From assembly GCF_009909145.1 (NCBI RefSeq), contig NZ_JAAAPJ010000005.1:336470-400469 (forward strand): a DNA stretch of 64,000 nucleotides, in the 5' to 3' direction. Positions 36,584 through 46,337 of this stretch are shown piece by piece. A program made the position numbers and the translations under genes. The DNA comes from Corallococcus silvisoli (GTDB taxonomy: Bacteria; Myxococcota; Myxococcia; Myxococcales; Myxococcaceae). Position 1 is the first letter of the stretch. Each line of letters starts with the position of its first letter. The notes beneath the pieces were generated by a model. It saw nothing but the letters and a program-made list of their open reading frames with translations, searched no databases and was not told the DNA's origin.

Positions 36584-37399
36584 CTACTTCACACCCGTGG
36601 GCGCGGTGATGGACTCGGAGTTGATGGTGTACTGGCTGGCGATGGCGTTCGTGTCGATGCCCGTGAAGTGGCGGTACGGGTAGGCACCCTCCGCGATGGT
36701 CTCGATGAACTCCACCTGATCACCGGTGATGCGCTTGCCGTTGATGTCCACCGTGAACGTGTTCTTCTCCGAACCCACGCGCCACACGCACGCGCCCACG
36801 TTCTCCTTGGCCGAGCCGAGCGACAGACCGTCGACGTCGAAGTCGTTCAGGAAGTGGTGGTGCATCTCCGCCCAGCGGAGGAAGTCCCGCCAGTTGGTGA
36901 ACACGATGACCATGCCCGCCGGCTGCGGGCTGGAGCCCTGGAGCACGCCGCCCAGGTAGACGTTCATCGTGTAGCGCGAGCCCCCCGGCGAACCGGTGAA
37001 CGTGGGCGCCATGGTGACCGAGTTGGCCTCCTTGCCCGGCGTGACCCTCAGCGTGCTGACGACCTGATCGCCGTCACGCGCGGACAGCTGGTAGCCACCG
37101 TTCGCGCCCAGGCTCATCCCGACGCGCTGCTCCCACTTCACGGCCTGCGCGAAGGTGCTCGCGACGCCGTCCTTCTGGGTGGCGAGCCCGGACACAGCGA
37201 GACCGTCCGCCACGGAATCGAGCTTCGCCCGGCCCATCGCACAGCTGCTGATGCCTTCGAACCTCTTGACACACTGGGACTGCGCCGCCGACTCCTGCGC
37301 GTTCAGGGAACCGGCGGACTGGCTGTCGTCGCCGCCCGCACAACCCGCGAGGCTCAGGAACATGGAAGCCAGCAGGGGACCCGTCATCTTCAGGTGCAT
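36584..37399 (-). CDS. Lipoprotein of unknown function
   Basis: SLAGCAG lipobox. Confidence 0.5.
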   Translation of the reverse strand: MHLKMTGPLLASMFLSLAGCAGGDDSQSAGSLNAQESAAQSQCVKRFEGISSCAMGRAKLDSVADGLAVSGLATQKDGVASTFAQAVKWEQRVGMSLGANGGYQLSARDGDQVVSTLRVTPGKEANSVTMAPTFTGSPGGSRYTMNVYLGGVLQGSSPQPAGMVIVFTNWRDFLRWAEMHHHFLNDFDVDGLSLGSAKENVGACVWRVGSEKNTFTVDINGKRITGDQVEFIETIAEGAYPYRHFTGIDTNAIASQYTINSESITAPTGVK

Positions 37400-37721
37400 G
37401 CGCTACCTCGTCATGGGGTGAACTGCACGCCTCCCCATTGCACCCCTTGAGCCAACACACCGGACGCGTCTGTCTTCACTCTTGCCATTCATTGAATGAG
37501 AAAACAGGAGTAGCGACATGAGTCACATGAAACACTGTATTTGTAGCAAGGCGAGTCACAGCGGCCGCCAAGACGGCCCGGCGGGATCCGGCGCGCCCCC
37601 TTTGAAACCTGGATTCACTGAATGAACTGATAACGCACGGAATCGCGCCGCGGCGCACAACTTCTGACCGGCTCCGTCGGATAATCTCAGGAAGCGCGTT
37701 TCCTCCCCCGGACTCCCCACC

Positions 37722-39113
37722 ATGGCCACGAAGATCAACGACAGCTCGCGCCCCCTCACCTCCGTGTCGCGGTTGAACTCGCAGGACGCGCGGAGCACGG
37801 ACGCGAAGTCGAAGAACCGTCCCCTCGCGTTCAAGGACGGCTTCGAGTCCTCCGGCACGCGCCCCTCCCTGCCCCGGCTGCCCGCGCCGCCCCCGGTGCT
37901 GTCGCTGCCCGCGCCCTGCACTCCGGCGCCCACGACGCCGGTGCCGGAGACGCCCGCCGAGCCGCCCGTGTCGGTCGACTCGGATCCGATGACGCACATC
38001 GAGTACCTGGCCTCCGACGCGCTGAAGGGCCGTGACAGCCCCTCCGAGGGCCTGGACGCGGCGAGCGCCTACGTGCAGGCGCACGCGGAGAAGTACGGCC
38101 TCGTGGGGCCCAACTCGAACAACCCGGCGAACCCCTTCCAGCAGAAGTTCAACGTCTACTCCTGGCTGGGGCCGAACACGGCCGGCGAGGCGAACGGCGC
38201 GGCCCACGGCGAGCACAAGCAGTTCGGCCACAAGATGTTCCAGGAGGGGTTCTACCTGGACGAGAAGATGCCCAAGGACACGCTGAAGCTGCTCAACAAG
38301 CAGTACGAGAGCACGATGAAGGCGGCGGGCCAGCCGCTGGCCCCGGCGCGGTCCGGGAAGCAGCGCAGCGTGGAGGAGCTCAAGCAGGTGGCCACGGCGA
38401 CGGGACAGGCCGTGAACACGATGGCGATGCTGCCCGGCACCGGCCCCCACAAGGACGAGGTCATCGTGGTGATGGCCCACCTGGACCACGTGGGCGTGGA
38501 CCGCAAGGGCAACCCGTTCAACGGCGCGGACGACAACGCGTCAGGCAGCGCGGTGCTGATGGCGGCGGTGCCGGAGCTGGCGGAGGCCGCGAAGAACGGC
38601 AAGCTGGACCGCTCCGTGCTCTTCATCTGGACGGGCGCGGAGGAGAAGGGGCTGGTGGGCTCGCAGTACTTCGTGGACCACCCCATCCCCGGGCTGGAGA
38701 TGAAGGACATCGCCGGCGTCATCAACACGGACATGGTGGGCCGCTGGGATGATCAGCGCCTGTCCGTCGTGGACACCAACACCAAGGGCCAGCCCAACTA
38801 CTTCCGGGACGTGGTGGACCAGGCGAACCAGCAGATGGCGGACCCGTTCGACCGCATCAACCGGGACATCAACGTGTACCGCGACCGCCAGGACGGCGCG
38901 TCGTTCGGGCGCAAGGGCGAGGACGTGCTCTTCCTCTTCGAGGGCCTGTCCAACCCCGAGGGCGGCGGCGATCTCATCCCCGAGTACCACCGGCAGGATG
39001 ACGACATCGAGAAGATCATCGAGGACAACGGCGGCAACAAGCCCCGCCGCGTGAAGGACCTCCTGGTGAACGTCATCAACCTGGCGGCGAACCGCGTCCC
39101 CGCAGAGAAGTGA
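37722..39113 (+). CDS. M28-family zinc aminopeptidase with a Pro-rich N-terminal region
   Basis: HLDHVG, the GADDNASG Zn-ligand motif, and EEKGLVGS. Confidence 0.8.
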   Translation: MATKINDSSRPLTSVSRLNSQDARSTDAKSKNRPLAFKDGFESSGTRPSLPRLPAPPPVLSLPAPCTPAPTTPVPETPAEPPVSVDSDPMTHIEYLASDALKGRDSPSEGLDAASAYVQAHAEKYGLVGPNSNNPANPFQQKFNVYSWLGPNTAGEANGAAHGEHKQFGHKMFQEGFYLDEKMPKDTLKLLNKQYESTMKAAGQPLAPARSGKQRSVEELKQVATATGQAVNTMAMLPGTGPHKDEVIVVMAHLDHVGVDRKGNPFNGADDNASGSAVLMAAVPELAEAAKNGKLDRSVLFIWTGAEEKGLVGSQYFVDHPIPGLEMKDIAGVINTDMVGRWDDQRLSVVDTNTKGQPNYFRDVVDQANQQMADPFDRINRDINVYRDRQDGASFGRKGEDVLFLFEGLSNPEGGGDLIPEYHRQDDDIEKIIEDNGGNKPRRVKDLLVNVINLAANRVPAEK

Positions 39114-39119
39114 TGGGAC

Positions 39120-39147
39120 GGGGGGGCGGAGCGCCCCCCCTCTTTTT
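39120..39147 (+). terminator. Rho-independent terminator after the M28 peptidase gene
   Basis: A 9-bp G/C stem (gggggggcg / cgccccccc) with a gag loop, followed by tcttttt. Confidence 0.55.
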
Positions 39148-39184
39148 CCGCCGGACGACGGCGCTCCGCGGGGGGCCCTCGGCC

Positions 39185-40066
39185 TCAGGCCGCCAGCTTC
39201 TCCCCCGTCGCCGCGGGCGCCGCGGCGATGGCGTCCAGTTCGTGCTGGCTGAGCACCACCTTCGCTTCGGAGCCGCGCCAGACGAACGGGATGCCCGGCT
39301 GACGGTAGAGGTGCGCGGGGATCTCCCGCGCGAGCTGGGCGTGCAGCTCCGGCAGCTTGGACCAGTGCAGCCCGTGCCGCGTGTGATGCGCGGTGTGGTA
39401 GCCCAGGTTGCCGGTCATCAGGTTGTAGCCGCGGTGGAGGATGTTGTACGAGGCCTCCGAGTGCAGCTCGGTGTTCAGGTCCACGTGGTGGAAGAAGGTC
39501 GCCCACACCGTGACGAACAGCGACGCCACCATGGGCAGCAGGAACACGAAGAGCGCGTTGTAGGGGTTCACCCAGAACAGCCCCGCCAACAGGACGACCT
39601 GCAGCACGCCCATCGCGATGAACACCCGCAGCGCCTTGGGGTGCTGCTGGCGCCCCACTTCGAACGCCCGCGGATACGCGGTCAGCATGGTGCTGAGCGA
39701 GTACTCCAGCTCGCCCATGGTCGTGCCGTCATCGCGCTTCCAGCGCGACTCGTCCTTCGTCTGGTCCAGGTAGTTGCGGTGGTGACCCAGCACGTGGTGG
39801 AGGAACCACGCCTGCGACGTCACGCCCGTCTGGAAACCGAAGATGATCTCCAGGAGGCGGTTGGGCAGCGCGTGCCGGAACATCGACAGGTGCTGGTGGT
39901 GGTGGTTCCACGAGCAGATCCATCCCTTGGGGATGATGCCCAGGCCGAACCACAACACCGGCACCCACCAGCTGCTCGCCGTGAGGAACACCGTCACGTC
40001 GAGCGCGAACACGCACGTGAACAACAGGACCGGGATGCGATCTTCGGGATGCCGGAACAGGGTCAT
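39185..40066 (-). CDS. Fatty acid desaturase family protein
   Basis: His boxes HHQH, HHVLGHHRNY and HTAHHTRH. ATG at 40066. Confidence 0.75.
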   Translation of the reverse strand: MTLFRHPEDRIPVLLFTCVFALDVTVFLTASSWWVPVLWFGLGIIPKGWICSWNHHHQHLSMFRHALPNRLLEIIFGFQTGVTSQAWFLHHVLGHHRNYLDQTKDESRWKRDDGTTMGELEYSLSTMLTAYPRAFEVGRQQHPKALRVFIAMGVLQVVLLAGLFWVNPYNALFVFLLPMVASLFVTVWATFFHHVDLNTELHSEASYNILHRGYNLMTGNLGYHTAHHTRHGLHWSKLPELHAQLAREIPAHLYRQPGIPFVWRGSEAKVVLSQHELDAIAAAPAATGEKLAA

Positions 40067-40356
40067 GCGCCTTCCGCGACAAGAGGGATCAGGGAACAAA
40101 TGCTGATTTTCCAACTGTAGGACGTGAAGCCCCGCCTGGAACAGGCCCGCCCAGGCGGACATGCCCCACGTCGCCCGCTCGCCCCTTCTCCCACACACCC
40201 GCCGTGGGGGCCCCCTCTGGAACGGGCAGGTTCCACAATGGCGGTAAACAACGTAGTCGCATTGAACTTGTATTTCTACTATTTCAAGAATCACAGTCCT
40301 GAATTGTGATAAACGCCGACCCAGCCCTTTCTGGCAGCACAGGCCCTGGAGGCGTC

Positions 40357-41019
40357 ATGCGGAACCAGACCATCGAGGCGGCGCTCGCGAAGAACCCCCA
40401 CCGTGAGCAGCTCATCAAGCACCGGTTCTTCGAAGTGGTGGATGAGAAGGCCTTCAGCCGCGAGCAGGCGGAGATGGTGCTGGGCCAGTGGTGGCACCCG
40501 CTGCACTACTTCCCCAACTTCCTGGGCAAGCTGCTCGCCGTCTGCCCGCAGATCGAGATGAAGACGGCGGTGTCGCACATCCTCAACCAGGAGGTGGGCG
40601 AAGGGGATCCGGAGCGCGCGCACGAGCGCTTCTTCATCACGACGATGACGGACGCGGGCTTCACGAAGGCGGGCGTGTCCGAAGCGGACATGGCGCCCGC
40701 CACGCGCCGGCTGCTCGACGGCTACCAGCGCTCCACGGACAACCACCTCACGGGCCTGGGCTTCCTCTACGGCACGGAGGTGGCGGACCTCACCATGGTG
40801 GCGAAGCTGGGCAAGCTGGTGCGCCGCACCACGGGCCTCAAGTCCCTGCCCTGGGTGGACATCCACGTGAAGCAGGAGCCGGACCACGTGGAGACGGCCG
40901 GCCACACCATGGGGCTCGAGTACACCGACGCGGAGCTGGCCACCATCACCCGGGGCGCGGAGGAGATGTGGCAGCTGTGGGTGGGATTCTTCGAGGAGCT
41001 GCGCAACCGCGTCGTCTGA
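40357..41019 (+). CDS. Haem-oxygenase-like fold (TenA/PqqC/CADD superfamily) protein
   Basis: All-helical; the pattern WWHPLHYFPNFLG...HERFF resembles TenA/CADD-type di-iron or TenA proteins. Weak assignment. Confidence 0.45.
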   Translation: MRNQTIEAALAKNPHREQLIKHRFFEVVDEKAFSREQAEMVLGQWWHPLHYFPNFLGKLLAVCPQIEMKTAVSHILNQEVGEGDPERAHERFFITTMTDAGFTKAGVSEADMAPATRRLLDGYQRSTDNHLTGLGFLYGTEVADLTMVAKLGKLVRRTTGLKSLPWVDIHVKQEPDHVETAGHTMGLEYTDAELATITRGAEEMWQLWVGFFEELRNRVV

Positions 41020-41192
41020 GCCGCCGCCGCGTCACGCTCCAACCTCCTGGAATTCGTGCGATTTCGCACGCGGCACTGGCGAATCTCTCCAGGTAGGGTA
41101 CTCACTCGCGCGCCACGGGAGTGCCACACCTCGCGCCTCTCCTCCTCCCGCGGCGGACCTCGCCTGGCCCTCCAGGCGCCGAGGGAGAATCC

Positions 41193-41819
41193 ATGCTCGA
41201 AAAGCTGATGCCGAAGTCGGACGAGTTCTTCGACGACTTCGACGCGCAATGCGCAAGGACCGTCGAGGGAGCCCAGCTCCTGCACGACCTGTTGAGCGAC
41301 TACCGGGACGTGCCCGCGCGCGTCCAGGCGCTCAAGGACGTGGAGCACAAGGGTGACGACGTCACCCACGCGGCCTTCAACCGGCTCCACCAGCAGTTCA
41401 TCACCCCCTTCGACCGCGGGCAGATCCACTCGCTGCTGTCGCGCATCGACGACGTGCTGGACCTGACCAACGCGGCGGCGGCGCGCCTGCTGTACTACGA
41501 GATCGACAGCACCCGGGCGGACGCCACGGAGCTGGCGCGGCTCCTGGTGCTGTCCACGCGCAAGGTGCAGGAGGTGGTGGCCGCCCTGCGCCTCATCAAG
41601 AAGCCGGAGCAGATCCTGGCGGGCTGCAAGGAGATCAAGCACCTGGAGTCGCAGGCGGACGAGGTGCTGCGCGCGGGCATGGGCCGGCTGTTCAAGAGCG
41701 GCGTGGACACCCTGACCATCATCAAGTGGAAGGAGATCTACGACCTCATCGAGACGGCGACCGACAAGTGCCAGGGTGTCGCCAACGTCATCGAAGGCGT
41801 CGTGCTGGAGCACTCCTGA
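41193..41819 (+). CDS. DUF47 (PhoU-like, TIGR00153-type) protein paired with a PiT transporter
   Basis: Typical DUF47 helical protein lying immediately upstream of a PiT gene. Confidence 0.75.
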   Translation: MLEKLMPKSDEFFDDFDAQCARTVEGAQLLHDLLSDYRDVPARVQALKDVEHKGDDVTHAAFNRLHQQFITPFDRGQIHSLLSRIDDVLDLTNAAAARLLYYEIDSTRADATELARLLVLSTRKVQEVVAALRLIKKPEQILAGCKEIKHLESQADEVLRAGMGRLFKSGVDTLTIIKWKEIYDLIETATDKCQGVANVIEGVVLEHS

Positions 41820-41820
41820 G

Positions 41821-42846
41821 ATGCTGCTCGCCGCGGTCGTCCTCATCGTCATCGTCGCGCTCGTCTTCGACTTCATCAACGGCTTCCACGACGCCGCGAA
41901 CTCCATCGCCACGGTCGTCTCCACGCGCGTGCTGTCGCCCAACCTCGCGGTGGCCTGGGCGGCGTTCTTCAACTTCGTGGCTGCGTTCGCCGGCGGCGTT
42001 CACGTCGCCAACACCATGGGCAAGGGCATCATCAACTTCGACATGCTCCGCGCGGCCGGCCCCACCGCGGTGTTGATGGTCATCTTCTCCTCGCTCATCG
42101 GGGCCATCTCCTGGAACCTGCTCACTTGGTGGTGGGGGCTGCCCTCGTCGTCGTCGCACGCGCTGGCGGGCGGGATGATTGGCGCCACGCTGCCGGTGCT
42201 GGGCTTCCAGGGCCTGGTGGGCTCCGGCATCGCGCGCATCGCGGCGTTCATCGTGCTGTCGCCGCTCATCGGCATGGTGCTGGGCATCGGGATGATGGTG
42301 GCCAGCACGTGGGCGGTGCGCCGTCAGACGCCCCTGCGCGTGGACACCTGGTTCCGCAGGCTCCAGCTGGTGTCGTCCGCCATCTTCTCCTTCAGCCACG
42401 GCACCAACGACGCGCAGAAGGTGATGGGCATCATCGCCGTGGTGCTCTTCGGCACCATCTGGCGCGACCGGCCCTTCCACATCGACTGGTGGATGATCAT
42501 CTCCTGCCACGCCGCCATCGCGATGGGCACCTTCTTCGGCGGCTGGCGCATCATCCGCACCATGGGCCACAGCCTCACGAAGCTGGCGCCCATTGGCGGC
42601 TTCTGCGCGGAGACGGGCGGCGGCGTCACCATCATCGCGCTGGCGGAGCTGGGCATCCCCGTGTCCACCACCCACACCATCACCGGCGCCATCGTCGGCG
42701 TGGGGTCCACGCGCGGCTGGCGCGCGGTGAAGTGGGGCACCGCGGGACGCATCATCTGGGCGTGGGTGTTCACCATCCCCGCCGCCGCGCTGGTGTCCGT
42801 CATCGTCTACGGCATCACGCTGGCCATCGTCCAGATGGTGGGCTGA
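41821..42846 (+). CDS. pit: Inorganic phosphate transporter, PiT family
   Basis: GFHDAANSIAT and GTNDAQK signature motifs with ~10 transmembrane helices. Starts 1 nt after the DUF47 stop. Confidence 0.85.
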   Translation: MLLAAVVLIVIVALVFDFINGFHDAANSIATVVSTRVLSPNLAVAWAAFFNFVAAFAGGVHVANTMGKGIINFDMLRAAGPTAVLMVIFSSLIGAISWNLLTWWWGLPSSSSHALAGGMIGATLPVLGFQGLVGSGIARIAAFIVLSPLIGMVLGIGMMVASTWAVRRQTPLRVDTWFRRLQLVSSAIFSFSHGTNDAQKVMGIIAVVLFGTIWRDRPFHIDWWMIISCHAAIAMGTFFGGWRIIRTMGHSLTKLAPIGGFCAETGGGVTIIALAELGIPVSTTHTITGAIVGVGSTRGWRAVKWGTAGRIIWAWVFTIPAAALVSVIVYGITLAIVQMVG

Positions 42847-42876
42847 GCGCAAGAGCAGCGTCCCCCCACCCAGGGC

Positions 42877-42920
42877 GGGCCCCTTCGCGGGGGTCCGCCC
42901 TTCGTGTCTTTGGACTAATC
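42877..42920. terminator. Possible hairpin terminator between the convergent pit gene and a membrane-protein gene
   Basis: ggcgggcccc...gggggtccgcc forms a ~10-bp stem with one G-T pair, followed by a weak T-rich tail. Confidence 0.3.
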
Positions 42921-44702
42921 CACGACGCGGGCGTTGGTCAGCGACGGCGGCCCGCCCAGCGCGGGCGGCGTCCAGGGGATCACCTTGCGGTTGCGCCACT
43001 CGACGAACTTGAGCGACGGGTCCTCCAGCGGCACGTCGAAGGTGAAGGAGATGCGCGTGGGGCCCTCCGCGTCCGCCTCCTCGATGCGCGCCTTCATGCC
43101 CTTCATGTCGAACTCATCCCCCTGCTTCACCGGGTAGTTCACGCCGCGGTAGATGCGCTCCTCCAGGATGTTGAGGTAGTGCTTCCCGTCCGTCAGCGAC
43201 AGCTCCAGCGAGTTGGGGCCGGTGCGCGTCACCTTCTGCTCCTCCGACTTGTAGGACAGCACCCACCAGTTCTTCGGCAGGGGCCGGCCCGAGGACCACC
43301 ACTGCACGGAGCCGTAGATGCCCACCGTGCCGCTGGGGGCGTTGAGCACCACCAGGCGCTGGTTCGGGAACTGCTCCAGGTCCAGGGCCTCCGCGTAGCG
43401 CAGGTTCACGCGCTTGAACAACGCGTCCACCTGCGAATAGAAGCCCGAGGTCTGCCACCAGACGTACGGCGCGCCCACGACGTGCAGGAGCGCCATCACC
43501 GCCGCGCCCGCCAGCACCGCGCCCGCCCGGGGCTTCAGCGCGCGGCCGCGCCACGCGCAGCGCAGCACCACCGCCAGCGCCACCGCCATGCCCAGGCTGG
43601 GCACGATGAGCGTGCGGGCGCCCGCCAGCGGCGAGCTGCCCAGCCACGTGGACAGGAACGAGCCCGTCAGCAGCCACTTCAGCGTCTTGCGCTCCGCCGG
43701 CTCCACCTGCGGCCACACGCCCCACAGGAGCAGCCCGAAGAACACCAGGCCCGCCGCGCCCAGCAGCTGGAAGGTGGGCACATAGGACGGGTCCAGGATG
43801 TAGTCGTTGGGCGCGCTGAGCGTCAGCCCCGCGATGGCGGCGGGCACGCGCGCGAACATCCCCATGAACCACTGCACCGGCGCCCCGTACGGATCCAGGT
43901 GCGTGTCCTGCCTCGCCGCGCCGTAGCCCAGCGCCTTGTACATGACGAGGAAGGCGGTCATCAGCGCGCCAAACGGGATGAGCGCCTTGAGCCGGTCGGA
44001 CGGCTTGCCCGGACCCGCGAAGGCCTCATAGGCGAGGACGTAGGGGATCATGATGAGCACCGTCTCCGCGCCCGCCAGGCCCAGCGCGAAGGCGATGAGC
44101 GACCCCACCAGCGCGCCCTTGCGCTGGCGCTCGCGCCACTCCATGTGCAGCCAGAGGCCCAGCACCCCGAAGAGCATGGACACCAGCAGCACGCGGTAGG
44201 ACAGCCAGCCCACCACCGCGCTGTGGGAGCCGTTGACGGCGAAGAGGAACAGCGCCAGCCCGGCCAGCCCCGTGGGCAGCAGCCGCCGGAACAGCACGCC
44301 CACCAGCATCACCAGGCCCACGTACCAGAGCAGCGAGTGCACGTGATACGCGACGGCGACGCGGTTGTAGAGCAGGTGATCCAGGCCGAACAGCGCGCTG
44401 CCCAGCGGCCGGAAGAAGGCCAGCTTCACCCCGGGCTCCACCCACCACGGGAAGATGCCCGCATGGGACATCTGCGCGGTGTGCTCCGCGACGCCCGTGG
44501 CCGTGCGGTACACGTCGAAGTGCGTGTTCGCCAGCGGCGCTGGCTGCGGCAGGTTGTCCCAGACGCCCAGCCAGACATAGTCGTCGAACATCCAGCCCGT
44601 GTTCAGCGTCAGCAGGCTGAGCGCCGCCGCGGCGACGACTGAAATCCAGAAATAGCGTCGAAACGGCCAACCACCGGAGGATGGCGGAGGAGAGGTATCC
44701 AT
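42915..44702 (-). CDS. Polytopic integral membrane protein of unknown function (possible glycosyltransferase-C-like, ArnT/PMT topology)
   Basis: About 12 hydrophobic spans followed by a ~150-aa soluble C-terminal domain. Confidence 0.55.
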   Translation of the reverse strand: MDTSPPPSSGGWPFRRYFWISVVAAAALSLLTLNTGWMFDDYVWLGVWDNLPQPAPLANTHFDVYRTATGVAEHTAQMSHAGIFPWWVEPGVKLAFFRPLGSALFGLDHLLYNRVAVAYHVHSLLWYVGLVMLVGVLFRRLLPTGLAGLALFLFAVNGSHSAVVGWLSYRVLLVSMLFGVLGLWLHMEWRERQRKGALVGSLIAFALGLAGAETVLIMIPYVLAYEAFAGPGKPSDRLKALIPFGALMTAFLVMYKALGYGAARQDTHLDPYGAPVQWFMGMFARVPAAIAGLTLSAPNDYILDPSYVPTFQLLGAAGLVFFGLLLWGVWPQVEPAERKTLKWLLTGSFLSTWLGSSPLAGARTLIVPSLGMAVALAVVLRCAWRGRALKPRAGAVLAGAAVMALLHVVGAPYVWWQTSGFYSQVDALFKRVNLRYAEALDLEQFPNQRLVVLNAPSGTVGIYGSVQWWSSGRPLPKNWWVLSYKSEEQKVTRTGPNSLELSLTDGKHYLNILEERIYRGVNYPVKQGDEFDMKGMKARIEEADAEGPTRISFTFDVPLEDPSLKFVEWRNRKVIPWTPPALGGPPSLTNARVVD

Positions 44703-44921
44703 GTTTCAAAGATCTATCAGCAGCGCCCCCCGACGAGATAGGTCCTGCCGGGTCGTCCGCTGACACCGGAAACACGCGGAGTGCGTCGCGGCCCGCGGAG
44801 ATCCTTTGCCACTGCCCGGACTCCGGGTGATTCTCGGCGAACGGAGGGGGCCGCGGTCCGGCAGAGGCAACCGCGAACGGGCGCGGGGCGTTCCTTCCGT
44901 GCCCTCGTCCGGAGCGCACGC

Positions 44922-46337
44922 ATGCGCATCGCCATCATCGCCACGTACACCCATCCGACCCGCCTGCGGATCAAGGAACCCTCCATCATGCAGTCCTCCG
45001 TGCCGGAGCTGATCGCCGGCCTGTGCCCGGAGCACGCGCAGGTGGAGATCTTCAACGAGAAGGAGGCCGACCTGCCGTTGGACAGGCACTGGGACCTGGT
45101 CTTCTTCTCGTACCTGCACTCGTACTACGAGCACACCAAGGTGCTCTCCACCCTCTTCCGTCAGCGCGGCATGACGACGGTGGCGGGCGGGCGGCACGCC
45201 AGCCACTTCCCCGACGACGCGGCCCTCTATTTCGACGCGGTCATCACCGGCGAGCCCGAATCCAACGTGCCCGCGCTCATCGCCGACTTCGAGAAGGGCG
45301 AGCTGAAGCCGCGCTACAGCCTGCCGTCGCAGGGCGCCGCGGCCATCCGCCCGTACCGCTACGAGCTCATCGACTTCACGCACAACAAGGTGCGCCTGCC
45401 GGGCATCGAGGCGTCGCGAGGCTGCCCCTTCACCTGCAACTTCTGCGTGCTCACCGGCCACGAGCGCTACCGCTTCCGCCCCATCCCCGAGGTCATCGAC
45501 GAGATCCAGACGCGCATGCGCTGGAACCCGAACTTCCTGGGGCTGATGGATGACGCCTTCGTCTTCCTGGACAACAACCTGGGCGGCTCCCCCAAGTACC
45601 TGCGCGCGCTTTGCGAAGCGCTCATCCCCTTGAAGAAGACCTGGGGCTGCGCCCTCACCTTCAACGTGCTCAAGGATGAAGCGCTGGTGAAGCTGATGGC
45701 GAAGGCGGGCTGCCGCTACGTCTACACCGGCCTGGAGTCCCTCAACCCGGACTCCATCAAGGCGATGAACAAGGGGCAGAACAAGCTGTCGGAGGTGGAC
45801 GCCGTCATCCGCCGCGTCTTCTCCGCCGGCATCCTGCTGTCCTTCGGGCTCATCGTCGGCTCGGACGGCGACACCAACGAATACCTGCACCGGCTGCCGG
45901 AGTACCTGGCGGACCTGAAGTACTTCTCCGTCACCTTCCTGGGCATCGTGTGCCCGTATCCGGAGACGCCCTTCTTTCGCGAGCTCCAGGCGGACAACCG
46001 GCTGCTGCCGGGCACCACCAGCCGCGACTATGACGGCTACACGCTGTGCCACCGGCCCAAGCAGCTCCACGGGTCGGAGGTGGTGGAGCACTTCCGCCGG
46101 CTGTGTCACACGCTGGGGAGCCTGCCCAACATCGCGCGGCACTACGCGTCCAAGCTGATGATGAGCGACCTGCCCCGCTACAAGCAGACCATCCTCTTCT
46201 CCGGGCCGGAGATCATCAGCATCCGCAACCCGGTGAAGAACCCGGCGCGCCGCTACATCGCGGGCCTGGACGCCATCGAGGAGTGGGACGTGAAGCAGAT
46301 GGCCGCGCTGGGCCTCAAGCCCCAGCTTCTGACCTGA
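44922..46337 (+). CDS. B12-binding-domain radical SAM protein
   Basis: The CPFTCNFC (CxxxCxxC) cluster is preceded by a Rossmann-like cobalamin-binding N-terminal region. ATG at 44922. Confidence 0.8.
   Translation: MRIAIIATYTHPTRLRIKEPSIMQSSVPELIAGLCPEHAQVEIFNEKEADLPLDRHWDLVFFSYLHSYYEHTKVLSTLFRQRGMTTVAGGRHASHFPDDAALYFDAVITGEPESNVPALIADFEKGELKPRYSLPSQGAAAIRPYRYELIDFTHNKVRLPGIEASRGCPFTCNFCVLTGHERYRFRPIPEVIDEIQTRMRWNPNFLGLMDDAFVFLDNNLGGSPKYLRALCEALIPLKKTWGCALTFNVLKDEALVKLMAKAGCRYVYTGLESLNPDSIKAMNKGQNKLSEVDAVIRRVFSAGILLSFGLIVGSDGDTNEYLHRLPEYLADLKYFSVTFLGIVCPYPETPFFRELQADNRLLPGTTSRDYDGYTLCHRPKQLHGSEVVEHFRRLCHTLGSLPNIARHYASKLMMSDLPRYKQTILFSGPEIISIRNPVKNPARRYIAGLDAIEEWDVKQMAALGLKPQLLT

Noticed and set aside
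40067-40356. Possible sigma-54 promoter (ctggaacaggcccgcc / ctggaacgggcaggttcc) in the desaturase/TenA-like divergent region
   Set aside because: The TGGCAC-N5-TTGC consensus is absent (no GC at -12 with correct spacing). This is only a repeated ctggaac motif.
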